A DNA stretch of 64,000 nucleotides from PVC group bacterium (GTDB taxonomy: Bacteria; Omnitrophota; Gorgyraeia; B26-G9): assembly GCA_024231215.1 (NCBI GenBank), contig JAAEQR010000072.1, positions 449,210-513,209 on the forward strand, given 5' to 3'. Shown piece by piece: positions 9,972 through 20,277 of the stretch. The translations under genes were made by a program, and so were the position numbers. Positions within the stretch are counted from its first letter, which is position 1. Every line of letters begins with the position of its first letter. The notes beneath the pieces are model-generated. The model saw only the letters and a list, made by a program, of their open reading frames with translations. It made no database searches and was not told the origin of the DNA.

Positions 9972-12449
9972 TTGTTACCTTTGAGCACAAGAGAGTTGCC
10001 GGATAAGAGAAAAAAAATATCTTTTCTTCTTCTTATTGTTGTGATTTTATTCTGCATTCCTTTTTTTTGGAGTAGTCCTAATCACTATAACCTGGGCGGG
10101 GATGATTCGCGTTTGTATTTATATTCTCCGTATGAGTGGCTGCATAATGTAGCATTGTATTCATGGTTTGATATTTCCGGGATATCTTCGTATAACCCCC
10201 AGCAATTTTCCTTTCCTTTTGTCATATTGCTTGCTTTGTTGCAGAAGATATTTTTCTTTCTTAATATCCAAAAATTAGCTTGGGGGCTAACTCTTTCTTT
10301 TGGATTTTTTTCTATATATTTGTTTATCGAAGAATTATTGCAGGATAAAAATAATCTGAATTCTACTATTTCAGCTGCAATCGGAGGGTTGCTCTATGTT
10401 TTCTTCCCGTTAATATTTTATATAGATTGGCCTCAGCCGCTGTACAATCTATATGCTATTGCGGTGTTTCCATCATTTCTCTGGTTTTTTCTAAAGGCAG
10501 TGAATAATGCAGATGTGAGGTATTTGTTAGGTGGTGCAGTAGTAAGCGCGTTATTTAGTCTGGTGATTGTGAATTTCCCGTGGTTTTTACCTTTTGCAAT
10601 TGGAGCTTTTATTTTTCTTGTGTTGTATTGTTTTTTAATTGAAGAAAATAAAGGTAGGCTAGGCTTTTATTTGCTTTTATATGTTTTGTTTTCGATATTA
10701 TTCAATCTTTTTTGGATAATCCCATTGTTGCATTCTATTCTTTTTGGGGGATTTGCCAGCGAAGCTACTGTAGGCGGTGGAGTTAAAGAAGCTGCATTAA
10801 ATGTTATTCATAGTGTGGCACCGTCGATGAATATTTTTGATACGCTTTGCGGATTATTGAGCAGAGAATTGATTTTTGGTTGGAACTGGCCACAGAAAGT
10901 AATTGCGAAGTACACATTCAACTTTTCCGCTTTTAGCGCGTTGCTTCCAGGGGTTATCTTTTTGTCACTGCTAATCAGGCAAGGGAAGGTAAGAACTAAA
11001 AAATTACTGGTAATTTTTAGTTTAATAACAGTAATCCTGGCTTATTTGCAGACTGTTAATATCGGGGGATGGGGAGTTAAATTATTTGATTGGTTAATAT
11101 ATACTGTTCCTTGGTGGACAATGTTGAGGAATTTCTTTAGTAAAGTACCTATTGCCTATGGCATCTTTTTCTCAATTACAATAGGTATAGCTGTTTTTCA
11201 CGTATTAGAACGGATTAATAAGCAAAAAATAAAGAGAATATTTGTTGCCGGACTTATAGTTGTTATTTTAGTTCAGGCTTTGCCCTTTATTTTTGGAAGG
11301 GTTAATGCTCTGCCTGTCTATAATGCGGATATTCCTTTGAACCGAAATATTATTGTGCCGGACTATTATCGAGAGACTACAGAGTATATCAAAAAATTAA
11401 GGGTAGGGCGAGTGTTGACCCTTCCGATGACGTTTGCGACATGGTCAATTTTTAAAAGCTCTTGTGGGAAAGGCTTATATGTGGGGAGTTCTCCGATAAA
11501 AGTTTTTACGGGTAAGGACGATTTTAATGGGAAGATGGGTTTTGAAAGAATCTCGGGTCTGCCGGAGCTGATTATTGATGCTTATCAGAAAGATGCTAAT
11601 GTATTAGGTTATGTTTTTGGAAAATTAGGTGTTCGCTATATGCTTTATAATACGCAGATGGAGAAATTACCGGAGGTTTTAAAGACAGGATGGTTGTGGG
11701 AATACGAAACACTTTCAAATAATAAAAGCATAAAGTCAATTTTAAGTAGTGTGGCAAATGAAAGGTTGGCTGTTTTTGGGCCTTTAGAAATATATAAGAT
11801 CAATGATGAGTTTTTTCTACCGCATATTTATCCTGCTAAAAAGGCAAGTGTAGTAAAAGGAGATATAAGTGCTTTAATGTCTTTATCTGAGGGTATTGAC
11901 TTGGATAAATCAGATGTTTTATTTTTTGAGAAAAACGAAACGACTAAGGGCAAAGGGATATTCTCGGATGAGGGGAGAATAGAAGGAGGTAATAATCCTG
12001 AAATAGTTTTTAAGAAAATAAACCCCACAAAATTTAGCGTAGAAATCAAAAATGCCAAACATCCTTTCTGGCTGGTATTTAATGAAAGGTTTCATGAAGA
12101 CTGGAATATTTATAAAACACAAATATCCGATGCAAATACTCTTAGAAATGATGAGTTATCCAGTTATTCTCAATTTGGGGTAAAAGAATCAGAATACCGG
12201 CTGCAATTTGCCCCGCAGGATTTTAAATTCCTTTTTTTAAAACCAATGGATTTGCAGCATAAGGTTGCTAATGCTTATGCGAACGCATGGTATATAGAGC
12301 CTGAAAACTTTGAGAAAAGTAATAATTTTTCTTTTGTCATATACTTTTTGCCGCAAAGCTTTTTTTATTTAGGATTACTAATTTCTGTTTTTTCGATGCT
12401 TTTGTCGGTGATTTTCATGATTGTTTATAGTATTAAAAGGAGAAGCTAG
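9972..12449 (+). CDS. large polytopic membrane protein, putative GT-C-fold glycosyltransferase (825 aa), TTG start
   Basis: RBS AGGAG at 9961-9965, TTG at 9972. About 12 hydrophobic helices. D44-D45 (GGDDSRLY, nt 10101-10106) directly after TM1, as in Emb/Aft-type GT-C enzymes. Large C-terminal soluble region with a final C-terminal TM helix. Confidence 0.5.
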   Translation: MLPLSTRELPDKRKKISFLLLIVVILFCIPFFWSSPNHYNLGGDDSRLYLYSPYEWLHNVALYSWFDISGISSYNPQQFSFPFVILLALLQKIFFFLNIQKLAWGLTLSFGFFSIYLFIEELLQDKNNLNSTISAAIGGLLYVFFPLIFYIDWPQPLYNLYAIAVFPSFLWFFLKAVNNADVRYLLGGAVVSALFSLVIVNFPWFLPFAIGAFIFLVLYCFLIEENKGRLGFYLLLYVLFSILFNLFWIIPLLHSILFGGFASEATVGGGVKEAALNVIHSVAPSMNIFDTLCGLLSRELIFGWNWPQKVIAKYTFNFSAFSALLPGVIFLSLLIRQGKVRTKKLLVIFSLITVILAYLQTVNIGGWGVKLFDWLIYTVPWWTMLRNFFSKVPIAYGIFFSITIGIAVFHVLERINKQKIKRIFVAGLIVVILVQALPFIFGRVNALPVYNADIPLNRNIIVPDYYRETTEYIKKLRVGRVLTLPMTFATWSIFKSSCGKGLYVGSSPIKVFTGKDDFNGKMGFERISGLPELIIDAYQKDANVLGYVFGKLGVRYMLYNTQMEKLPEVLKTGWLWEYETLSNNKSIKSILSSVANERLAVFGPLEIYKINDEFFLPHIYPAKKASVVKGDISALMSLSEGIDLDKSDVLFFEKNETTKGKGIFSDEGRIEGGNNPEIVFKKINPTKFSVEIKNAKHPFWLVFNERFHEDWNIYKTQISDANTLRNDELSSYSQFGVKESEYRLQFAPQDFKFLFLKPMDLQHKVANAYANAWYIEPENFEKSNNFSFVIYFLPQSFFYLGLLISVFSMLLSVIFMIVYSIKRRS

Positions 12450-13474
12450 TGATAAACTTTAAAAAGATAAGAGATAAACAGTTAGCGTTTTTAATTTCAC
12501 TGATTATTGTTCTTTCTTGTTTTTTGATTGCAGATACTAATTTAGCGAAAAAAGTTGTTAGTGTGGAACGGGAATATCCGGTTAATTCCGAATCGCTGTT
12601 GAAGAAAATACCGTTGCCGATTAAAAGTGATTATGTGGTGAAAATCAAGTATCAGTCTAGAAAGATGATGGGGGCGATGGTTTGGTTAAATCAATATCCA
12701 TTAGAAATGAGGGCGTCTAACGTATCAAATAAATTGAATGTTACATGTTATTATTATGCACCGAAAGACAAAGTAATGCTTGGGGATAATGTTTTCGAAA
12801 TTAAGTTCCACGGAGAACATCCATCAACAGTAACGGTGCGTATGAATAACTACGTTGCAGCAGTAGCAGATAATAATATTATTATTTCACTAGCAAACTC
12901 TGTTTTTAAAAATAAGGCTTGGGTTAAACTTTTCTTTTTTGGGATTATTTTGTTTGGTTGTGTTTTTTGGGTATGGCGGTTTCTGGTTTTTATGGGTATG
13001 GTTCTTTTTCATGAATCATTTCAGAGAAGTACTTTTAACACAGCACTTTCTTTTTCCCCCTGCACGTTATTATTTTTTATTCTTTCGATTAAGTCTTATC
13101 AAGGTCCATATTTGATTGCGATAAGTCCGGGGTATCTTTTATTATTATTTGTTCTTTTAACAGGGTTTACTAACGCTGTTTTAAATCTTATCCATGTATT
13201 AATCTTGAGGAAAGTATTTCCGTCGATTAAGCGTGAGTATATTCTGCCGACAGCTCGGGTGGAGATTCCCCCCTGGCTTATAGGGGGCGGAAAGTGGTTT
13301 AAGAAAAGGAGTTTAGCTGATAAATGCATAATATTCTGTTTATTTGTTTTTAGTTGTTCTGTTTTTCTTTTTATGCTGGGGGTGTCGAAATGGGGAGAGC
13401 CCCTTGCTAACGTAGCATATACCAGCGTACTTATAGGTATTTCCATGAAATTATTTAGCTTAACTAAGAAATAA
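12449..13474 (+). CDS. membrane protein of unknown function
   Basis: ATGA-type coupling to the upstream gene. N-terminal TM helix, ~130-aa soluble segment, then several TM helices. Confidence 0.5.
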   Translation: MINFKKIRDKQLAFLISLIIVLSCFLIADTNLAKKVVSVEREYPVNSESLLKKIPLPIKSDYVVKIKYQSRKMMGAMVWLNQYPLEMRASNVSNKLNVTCYYYAPKDKVMLGDNVFEIKFHGEHPSTVTVRMNNYVAAVADNNIIISLANSVFKNKAWVKLFFFGIILFGCVFWVWRFLVFMGMVLFHESFQRSTFNTALSFSPCTLLFFILSIKSYQGPYLIAISPGYLLLLFVLLTGFTNAVLNLIHVLILRKVFPSIKREYILPTARVEIPPWLIGGGKWFKKRSLADKCIIFCLFVFSCSVFLFMLGVSKWGEPLANVAYTSVLIGISMKLFSLTKK

Positions 13475-13481
13475 TAATCTT

Positions 13482-15941
13482 GTGAAAAGCAAAATTTTAA
13501 TTTTAGCATTTTTTGTGCTATTGAGTATAATAGCCACATATCCTCTGATTATCCATTTTGATGAACAGCTTTTTGGTAATCCTACAGATAATTTAGCTGC
13601 AGTCTGGAATTTCTGGTGGGTTAAGACTGCTGTGCAGCAAAACATTTCAGATTTGTACATACCTATGTTAGCGGCTCCTTATGGGGTCGATGTTAGTGCA
13701 ACGCCTTATTATCCAGTTTGGAATTACATGAATGCAAGATTAGCTCTTTTGATGGGGGAGATTGCTACCTATAATATCCAGATTCTATTAGGATTTATTT
13801 TTTCCGGTTTTTGTATGGCGTATATGATTTATCGGTTTACAAAAAAGCGGACAATTGCTTTAATCGTAGGAACAATCTTTACTCTTTCTCCATACCACTT
13901 TGCGCAAGCCTTTGAGTATCTAGCATTAAGTAATATGCAGTGGATGATTATATATGTAATAAGTCTTTTTAATCTAAAGCGGAAAACTAATTACTTAAAT
14001 GGAATAATTTGTGCGGTGGCTTTGGCTATGATTGGTTTTTTTGATTATTACTATCTGTATTTTATGATTATCTTTACCGGAGTATTTTTGGTTTATTGTG
14101 CATGGTATTACAGGAAGCAATTAAATAAAAATATATTTCTTAAAAAAATTAAAGTTATCTTGTTTTCTGCGATGGTACATTTGATTGTTTTGGTTCCGGG
14201 GATTACCCATATTATTTTTCCGAATAAATCTGCACAAGTTATAGCACAGCCTTCAGGTGTTGATTTTGTCCGTCCGCTGAATCATTTATTTGCGGATTCT
14301 GCAAGGGTGCTCAATTATTTTTTACCAGCTCCTTTTCATCCTGTTCTAGGTAAAATAACTGAGCCGTTGATAGGCACTTTTCTCTACGGTGATAACTTTT
14401 TTGGTAATGCGTTATATCTGGGGTATGTGGGTATTTTCTTGGCATTTGTTTGTATTTCCCGCTGGAGGAAAGAATCTGCCTTAGAAAAAAAAGACAGGAT
14501 AGGGGAGGAAGATAATTTCACAATAAGCTTCTTTTTTGCAGCGTTTTTTATTTTTATGATTTTCTCGTTCCCTCCGTATTGGCAAATAGGCAAAGTTATG
14601 ATTCCATTCCCTTCATTTTTTTTATATAAGATAGTTCCGATGTTTCGCAATTATGCCCGGATGGGGGTATTAGTATTGATATCTGTATGTGTGCTTTCCG
14701 GATTTGGTTTGAAGTATATATTTAAATCAATCCGGGAATCAAAAAAGAGGTTGGCATTGAGTGGTGTGTTTTTCATGCTTATATTTTTGGAGTTTTTACC
14801 CTTTCCTCCGGCTAGAATTGTCGATTGTATGAATATACCGGCGGCTTATCAATGGCTGAAGGAGGATTCCACGGATTTTATTATTGCGGAATATCCATTA
14901 GAAGCGGATGAACGTCTCTATTTATTTTATCAGAGGATTCATGCTAAGAAGATGATTAACGGTGCTATGCCCGGGACATATGCCTATGAAGTAAGGAGTA
15001 AAATCCTAGATATCGAAAATGAACAAACATCGATGATGCTTAGTTTTCTTGGGGCGAAATATGTGTTGATTCATCGGGATAGTTATCTTAACTATGAGGG
15101 AGGTCAGGTGCTAGGTCAGATCCCAAACTTAAATGGAGTGTCGGGACTTAAATTACTGAAAAAATTTGAAGATATCGATATTTATGAAGTAATTGCCTCA
15201 CCGTTGGATCCTAGAAAAGTTGTTGTTAGAAAAAAGAGTATGGAAAAAAAATCTTTTGTTGCAGAAGAAATTATTCCCGCAAATGGAGTTTTTAAATTTA
15301 AGCCGGGAGATTCGTTGAAATATACAGTGAAATATTTCAATTTAATACCAGCCCTTAATGTTCAAATAGATATGTGCCGGGAAGCGAATAATTTGGAAAA
15401 TGAAATTATTTTGAAGGCGAAGATCCATAGTACTAAAATGTTTTCTTATTTAGTGAATTTTCAAGCGGTATTTAATTCATTTTTTGATCGGAAATATTTA
15501 AGCCCTTTCCGATATGAAGAATCTTATGGTATTGTAGGACAGAAGCCGCGGAGTAAATATGCGGTTTTTGACCGTGGCAGCCAGGTTATGAGAACAAGTG
15601 ATAAAGAAGTTAAAATTCCGCCACATACGCAGGATCCTATTTCTATAATTTTTTTCCTTTCAAGTCAGAAATTTGAGCTTGGGAAAAAAATAGAAATAAA
15701 TTTAAACCCCGGTAAATCTAACTATAAGGTAGAAGCTGAGGTCTTAGGCAAAGATAAGATTAGTGTATTAGGTCGAAAAAAATATGCATGGAAAGTAGGT
15801 GTAACTCTTTTTAGAGGGAAAAAAGAACAAAAGAAGAATGCTGAGGCGATTTTATGGTTTTCAGTCACAGATAAACAAGAATTATTGGCATTGAGAGCAT
15901 CAACTAAAATTGGTGTTTTTAATATGGACTTAAGGAAATAA
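13482..15941 (+). CDS. large polytopic membrane protein, putative GT-C-fold glycosyltransferase (819 aa)
   Basis: D27-E28 (HFDEQLFG, nt 13560-13565) immediately after TM1. More than 10 hydrophobic helices, then a ~400-aa C-terminal soluble region. Confidence 0.55.
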   Translation: MKSKILILAFFVLLSIIATYPLIIHFDEQLFGNPTDNLAAVWNFWWVKTAVQQNISDLYIPMLAAPYGVDVSATPYYPVWNYMNARLALLMGEIATYNIQILLGFIFSGFCMAYMIYRFTKKRTIALIVGTIFTLSPYHFAQAFEYLALSNMQWMIIYVISLFNLKRKTNYLNGIICAVALAMIGFFDYYYLYFMIIFTGVFLVYCAWYYRKQLNKNIFLKKIKVILFSAMVHLIVLVPGITHIIFPNKSAQVIAQPSGVDFVRPLNHLFADSARVLNYFLPAPFHPVLGKITEPLIGTFLYGDNFFGNALYLGYVGIFLAFVCISRWRKESALEKKDRIGEEDNFTISFFFAAFFIFMIFSFPPYWQIGKVMIPFPSFFLYKIVPMFRNYARMGVLVLISVCVLSGFGLKYIFKSIRESKKRLALSGVFFMLIFLEFLPFPPARIVDCMNIPAAYQWLKEDSTDFIIAEYPLEADERLYLFYQRIHAKKMINGAMPGTYAYEVRSKILDIENEQTSMMLSFLGAKYVLIHRDSYLNYEGGQVLGQIPNLNGVSGLKLLKKFEDIDIYEVIASPLDPRKVVVRKKSMEKKSFVAEEIIPANGVFKFKPGDSLKYTVKYFNLIPALNVQIDMCREANNLENEIILKAKIHSTKMFSYLVNFQAVFNSFFDRKYLSPFRYEESYGIVGQKPRSKYAVFDRGSQVMRTSDKEVKIPPHTQDPISIIFFLSSQKFELGKKIEINLNPGKSNYKVEAEVLGKDKISVLGRKKYAWKVGVTLFRGKKEQKKNAEAILWFSVTDKQELLALRASTKIGVFNMDLRK

Positions 15942-15957
15942 AAGAGGGGAATATCAC

Positions 15958-16470
15958 ATGCTAAATGCTGAAAAATTGATTGTTTTAGATTTTGGATGTA
16001 AGACGGAAAAATGCGAGGGAGCAATTGGGGTGGATATTGACCCTACGGTTAATCCTGATGTTGTTCATGACTTCAATGTTTTTCCTTATCCATTTAAAGA
16101 TAATTATGCAGATAAAATATACGCAAAACATATAATAGAACATTTGGATAATCCTAAAAAGTTTATTGAAGAAATCTATCGTATACTCAAACCTGGTGGA
16201 ATAGTTTTTATTGAGACTCCGCATTTTTCTAATTATGTTGCATATGCAGAACCTCAGCATAAGTTATTTTATTCTTATTTTATGTTTAGGGAGATAATGT
16301 CGGGAGTACGCAAAAACATTGAGGTTTTGCAGTGGAAGCTTACTTTTTATAGGACATTCCGGTTTGTTGGGGTCCAGGCTTTAGCAAATAAGTTTCCGGT
16401 AGAATATGAGCGGTTTTGGACATATATGTTTCCGGCTGAAAATATTGTCTTGAAATTTAAAAAAATATAA
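15958..16470 (+). CDS. small SAM-dependent methyltransferase-domain protein
   Basis: IVLDFGCKTEKCEGAIGVDID (motif I-like) and PGGIVFIETP (motif IV-like). Confidence 0.5.
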   Translation: MLNAEKLIVLDFGCKTEKCEGAIGVDIDPTVNPDVVHDFNVFPYPFKDNYADKIYAKHIIEHLDNPKKFIEEIYRILKPGGIVFIETPHFSNYVAYAEPQHKLFYSYFMFREIMSGVRKNIEVLQWKLTFYRTFRFVGVQALANKFPVEYERFWTYMFPAENIVLKFKKI

Positions 16471-16584
16471 TAGGGCAGAAGCGGTTAATGGAGTTTTTCG
16501 GCTGGAAATAGCCATAGAATTAAAATTGTTTTTATGGTAAAATTAGATAATATTTGATAAGTAAGTAGAACTAGAGGAGGAAGT

Positions 16585-17631
16585 GTGAAGGTATTAGTGA
16601 CCGGGGGAGCCGGATTAGTTGGATCACATTGTGCCGAATATTATGCGAATAAAGGTGCTAAGGTTGTCGTTCTGGATAATTTGATTCGCTCTCAGATATT
16701 TAAATCCAAAAAAGAGAGTGTAGAGTATAACTGGAGACGCCTTGGTAAATTTAAAAATATAAAAAGAATAAAAGGTGATGTTCGAGAAGAAAAAGACGTG
16801 TTGTCGGCTATTGGAAAAGGAGTAGATGCGGTAATCCATGCGGCAGGACAGCCGGGTATTCCTTCGTCGATACGGATGCCTAAAGAAGATTTCAGTATTA
16901 ATGCTTTTGGAACTCTTAATGTTCTGGAGTGTTTGCGCAAAAAAAGTAAAAAAGCTGCTTTTGTCTATTGTTCGACTAATAAGGTTTATGGAGAGAATGT
17001 AGATAAAGTGGCATTAAAGCAGCTGAAAACACGATATATGTTTAAAGGGATGAAGGGCGTTGACGAGCATATGCTTACTGATTTGGCGGGACATACACCG
17101 TACGGAGTAAGTAAATTGGTTGGGGATTTATACACACAGGAATATGCGCGTATTTATGGGATGAAGACAGCAGTATTTAGAATGAGTTGTATCTATGGAG
17201 ATAGACAGTTTGGATATGAGGATCAGGGCTGGGTGGCCTGGTTTATTATTGCTTGTCTTTTAGGAAAAAAAATTACTATTTATGGAAACGGTAAGCAGGT
17301 TCGCGATTTGTTGTATGCTGGTGATCTAGCCAAAGCTTTTGATTTATTTATAACAAATCAAAAACATAGACATGTTTTAGTGAATATTGGCGGGGGGCCG
17401 GAAAATACGACTTCATTATTGGAATATTTAAAGAGGTTAGAAGGTTTGGTTGGAAAGCCTCCTAAGGTTAAGTTTGCGGATTGGCGACTTTCTGATCAGC
17501 GAGTATATATTAGTAATATTGATAAAGCAAAAAAGATATTGTCCTGGAAACCAGCGGTAAGTATTGATCAGGGATCACTAGAGCTTACCAAATGGATCAA
17601 GAATAATAAAAGTATGTTTTGGATAGATTAA
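16585..17631 (+). CDS. NAD-dependent sugar epimerase/dehydratase (SDR family; CDP-paratose 2-epimerase-like)
   Basis: GTG start after GGAGGAAG RBS. VTGGAGLVGSH (GxxGxxG). Catalytic YGVSK (YxxxK). SCIYGDRQFGYEDQGWVAWF block typical of the CDP-sugar 2-epimerase subgroup. Confidence 0.75.
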   Translation: MKVLVTGGAGLVGSHCAEYYANKGAKVVVLDNLIRSQIFKSKKESVEYNWRRLGKFKNIKRIKGDVREEKDVLSAIGKGVDAVIHAAGQPGIPSSIRMPKEDFSINAFGTLNVLECLRKKSKKAAFVYCSTNKVYGENVDKVALKQLKTRYMFKGMKGVDEHMLTDLAGHTPYGVSKLVGDLYTQEYARIYGMKTAVFRMSCIYGDRQFGYEDQGWVAWFIIACLLGKKITIYGNGKQVRDLLYAGDLAKAFDLFITNQKHRHVLVNIGGGPENTTSLLEYLKRLEGLVGKPPKVKFADWRLSDQRVYISNIDKAKKILSWKPAVSIDQGSLELTKWIKNNKSMFWID

Positions 17632-17656
17632 GTAATGTTATGGAGGAGGAAGAAGA

Positions 17657-18517
17657 ATGAAGGGTATTATTTTGGCTGGAGGCAGAGCTACAAGGCTTTA
17701 TCCGATTACAAAGGTAGTTTGTAAACAGCTGCTTCCCTTGTACGATAAACCGATGATATATTATCCTTTATCAACGCTTATGCAGGCTGGAATCAGAGAT
17801 GTATTGATTATATCTACCCCGTATGATTTGCCCCGGATTAAAGAATTGTTTTTAGATGGCAAAGAAATAGGGATTAATATTTCTTATGCAGAGCAGGCTG
17901 AGCCTAAGGGGATTGCAGATGCGTTTGTTGTGGGGAAAGAATTTATTGGCAATGAAAAAGTATGTTTGATTTTGGGGGATAATATTTTCTATGGTAATGA
18001 AATGTCGGAATATCTTAAAGAAGCTATGAGTTTTCAGCAGGGAGCAGCTATTTTTGGTTATTATGTAAAAGATCCCGAGCGGTATGGTGTTATTGAGTTT
18101 GATCAGGCGCACAATGTAGTTTCTATAGAGGAAAAACCCAAACAGCCAAAATCTCATTGGGTTGCTACCGGACTTTATGTCTATGACAATGAAGTTGTAA
18201 ATATTGCGAGTAATCTTGCTCCTTCGCAACGAGGGGAACTTGAGATTACCGATGTTAACAATGTTTATTTGAGTAAAAAACAATTAAAAGTAAAATTGCT
18301 TGGCCGGGGGTATGCTTGGCTGGATACAGGTACATATGACTCTCTTATAGATGCATCTGTTTTCATTAAGACAATTGAGGAACGACAGGGGCTAAAAATA
18401 GGTTGTGTGGAGGAAATTGCTTATCGTATGGGGTATATTGATAAAGAACAAGTGAAAAATCTAGCGAAGAAGATAAATACAGATTATGGTAATTATCTTC
18501 GTAGTATTATCACGTAG
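17657..18517 (+). CDS. rfbA: glucose-1-phosphate thymidylyltransferase
   Basis: [54 protein letters not shown] is near-consensus RmlA N-terminus. Strong GGAGGAGG RBS. Confidence 0.9.
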   Translation: MKGIILAGGRATRLYPITKVVCKQLLPLYDKPMIYYPLSTLMQAGIRDVLIISTPYDLPRIKELFLDGKEIGINISYAEQAEPKGIADAFVVGKEFIGNEKVCLILGDNIFYGNEMSEYLKEAMSFQQGAAIFGYYVKDPERYGVIEFDQAHNVVSIEEKPKQPKSHWVATGLYVYDNEVVNIASNLAPSQRGELEITDVNNVYLSKKQLKVKLLGRGYAWLDTGTYDSLIDASVFIKTIEERQGLKIGCVEEIAYRMGYIDKEQVKNLAKKINTDYGNYLRSIIT

Positions 18518-18571
18518 GGGTTTGATTTATCAAATCCCCTAATCAGTAGTTACAATTATGGAGTAAAATTT

Positions 18572-19993
18572 ATGAAAAAAAGTATTTATTTTATAATGGC
18601 CGGAGGCGAAGGGATGCGGCTATGGCCGATGAGTCGGTCTCATTTTCCGAAACAGTTACATTCTTTGTTGGGTAAAGAATCAATGCTACAACAGTCAATA
18701 GGCAGGCTTTTGAAAATAGCAGACCCAGAGAATATTCTTATCGGGACTCGGGAAGATTTATATTTTTCGGTTAAGGAGCAATGGGCAAATATGAATTTAA
18801 AAGCGGATCCGTGGTTGATTCTGGAGCCTTTAAGCCGGAATACAGCACCGGCAATTGCCTTGGCTATTCTTGCCTGCCGTGAAAGATTTGGAGAGGATGT
18901 AATAATTTCTACATTTGCGGCAGATCATGTAATTAAGGATAAAAAGAAATTTGAAGAGCTTTTGAAAACCGGGATACGGATTGCCCAAAAAGGACAGATT
19001 GTAACTTTTGGTATTGTGCCGGATTATCCGGAAACGGGATATGGTTATATAAAATCCGGAAAGAAAATCGAAAAAGATGTTTTTGAAGTGGCACAGTTCA
19101 AAGAAAAACCCTCTTTGCAGACAGCAGAGAAGTATGTAAAACAGGGTAATTATTTTTGGAACAGCGGCATGTTTATTTTTGATAGCGGAGTTGTTGCCGA
19201 AGCGTTAAAGAAGTTTTCGCCTGAGGTGTGGAAAACAGCTGAAAAAGTTTGGAAGGCAAAAAGAAAGAAGAACGGAGGAGTAGTTTTTCCTCAGAGTCTA
19301 TTTAGTAAATTTTCCAAAGTTTCTATAGATTATGCGGTTATGGAAAAGGCTTCCAAACTGGCTGTAATCAAGGCTGATTTTCGCTGGTGTGATGTTGGCT
19401 GCTGGCGTATGGTGCATGAGATGTCAGAGAAGGACAAAAACGGAAATGTTTTTTCCGGGAATATATTCAGCGTGGATTCAAGTCGCAGCTTTATAAAATC
19501 TGAGAAGCGTTTTGTTGCTGCGGTAGGGGTGCATGATTTGGTTGTTATTGATACACCTGATGCATTGCTTATTTCAGAGCAAGGTCGCAGTCAGGATGTG
19601 AAAAAAGTGGTAGAAAAGCTAAATGCTCAACAATCACAGTTGACAAAGTTTCATGCTACAGTATATAGGCCCTGGGGGAATTATACTGTACTTGAAGAAG
19701 GTCCGGGTTATAAAATTAAACGTATGGTTGTAAAACCAAAACAAAAACTGTCTTTACAAAAGCATAACTTTCGGAGTGAACATTGGGTAGTAATTTCAGG
19801 TAAAGCACGGATTATAAATGAACGCAATTCAATTCTGCTAAAAGCCAATGAGAGTATTTTTATTCGCAAAAAAGGAAAACATCGAATTATTAATCCGTAT
19901 AATACAGAGCTGGTAATTATCGAGGTTCAGACCGGAACAAATATAAGTGAAGATGACATCGTGAGATATGAAGATATTTACGAACGCATATAA
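18572..19993 (+). CDS. manC: mannose-1-phosphate guanylyltransferase / mannose-6-phosphate isomerase (bifunctional, C-terminal cupin)
   Basis: FIMAGGEGMRLWPMSRSHFPKQL nucleotidyltransferase motif. C-terminal cupin block GKARIINERNSILLKANESIFIRKKGKHRIINP. Confidence 0.85.
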   Translation: MKKSIYFIMAGGEGMRLWPMSRSHFPKQLHSLLGKESMLQQSIGRLLKIADPENILIGTREDLYFSVKEQWANMNLKADPWLILEPLSRNTAPAIALAILACRERFGEDVIISTFAADHVIKDKKKFEELLKTGIRIAQKGQIVTFGIVPDYPETGYGYIKSGKKIEKDVFEVAQFKEKPSLQTAEKYVKQGNYFWNSGMFIFDSGVVAEALKKFSPEVWKTAEKVWKAKRKKNGGVVFPQSLFSKFSKVSIDYAVMEKASKLAVIKADFRWCDVGCWRMVHEMSEKDKNGNVFSGNIFSVDSSRSFIKSEKRFVAAVGVHDLVVIDTPDALLISEQGRSQDVKKVVEKLNAQQSQLTKFHATVYRPWGNYTVLEEGPGYKIKRMVVKPKQKLSLQKHNFRSEHWVVISGKARIINERNSILLKANESIFIRKKGKHRIINPYNTELVIIEVQTGTNISEDDIVRYEDIYERI

Positions 19994-19999
19994 TAGAAA

Positions 20000-20029
20000 T
20001 TGGCAGGAATAAAAGAGATAAGGTATACT
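20000..20029 (+). promoter_or_regulatory. sigma-70-like promoter (TTGGCA, 18-nt spacer, TATACT) driving the structured RNA
   Basis: TTGGCA at 20000-20005, TATACT at 20024-20029, immediately after the manC stop. Confidence 0.4.
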
Positions 20030-20036
20030 TATAGTA

Positions 20037-20277
20037 AGGGTAAAAAATACATAATTTAACCTTTTTACTGAAAAGGCAAACCTCATGTGAGTGGGGGGCG
20101 TTCCGAAGAGTGGCTAGATATCGGGATCCCGAGAGCAATAAACCGTCATTATTTATAAGGTTATATCGGGGCAAAGCTGCGGGTCTAAAAGAGATATTTA
20201 GATAGCCGGGTTACCGAAAAGGAAGAGTGAGTAGCAAGCCACTAGAAGTCTGTGTAAAAGGTGGCTTGTTTTTTTTT
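20037..20277 (+). ncRNA. structured RNA (~240 nt) with c-di-GMP-I (GEMM) riboswitch-like sequence blocks, ending in an intrinsic terminator
   Basis: GGCAAACC (20074-20081), CGGGGCAAAGCUGCGGGUCUAAA (20167-20189) and GCCGGGUUACCGAAAAGG (20204-20221) resemble, from memory, the conserved blocks of the Vibrio cholerae Vc2 aptamer (GGCAAACC / CGCAAAGCC..CGG.CUAAA / GCGGGGUUACCGAUGG). The 5' half deviates: no clear GNRA-capped P2 and extra inserted hairpins. Confidence 0.4.
20236..20277 (+). terminator. rho-independent terminator (AAGCCAC ... GUGGCUU + U9)
   Basis: 7-bp GC-containing stem closing an 18-nt loop, followed by GTTTTTTTTT. Confidence 0.6.

Noticed and set aside
13099-13539. 146-aa - strand ORF spanning the junction of two + strand membrane-protein genes
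   Set aside because: Antisense to well-supported + strand ORFs. A bidirectional overlap of this size is implausible, and the translation has no recognisable features.
20037-20277. Possibility that the structured RNA is SRP RNA or 6S RNA
   Set aside because: A partial resemblance to SRP domain IV (CCGAAAAGGAAG...AGCAAGCCA) was noticed, but there is no GNRA-closed helix 8 and no flanking complementary helix 5. 6S RNA would need a long central bubble flanked by extended helices, which I cannot fold here. The GEMM-like blocks are the better, though still unproven, match.
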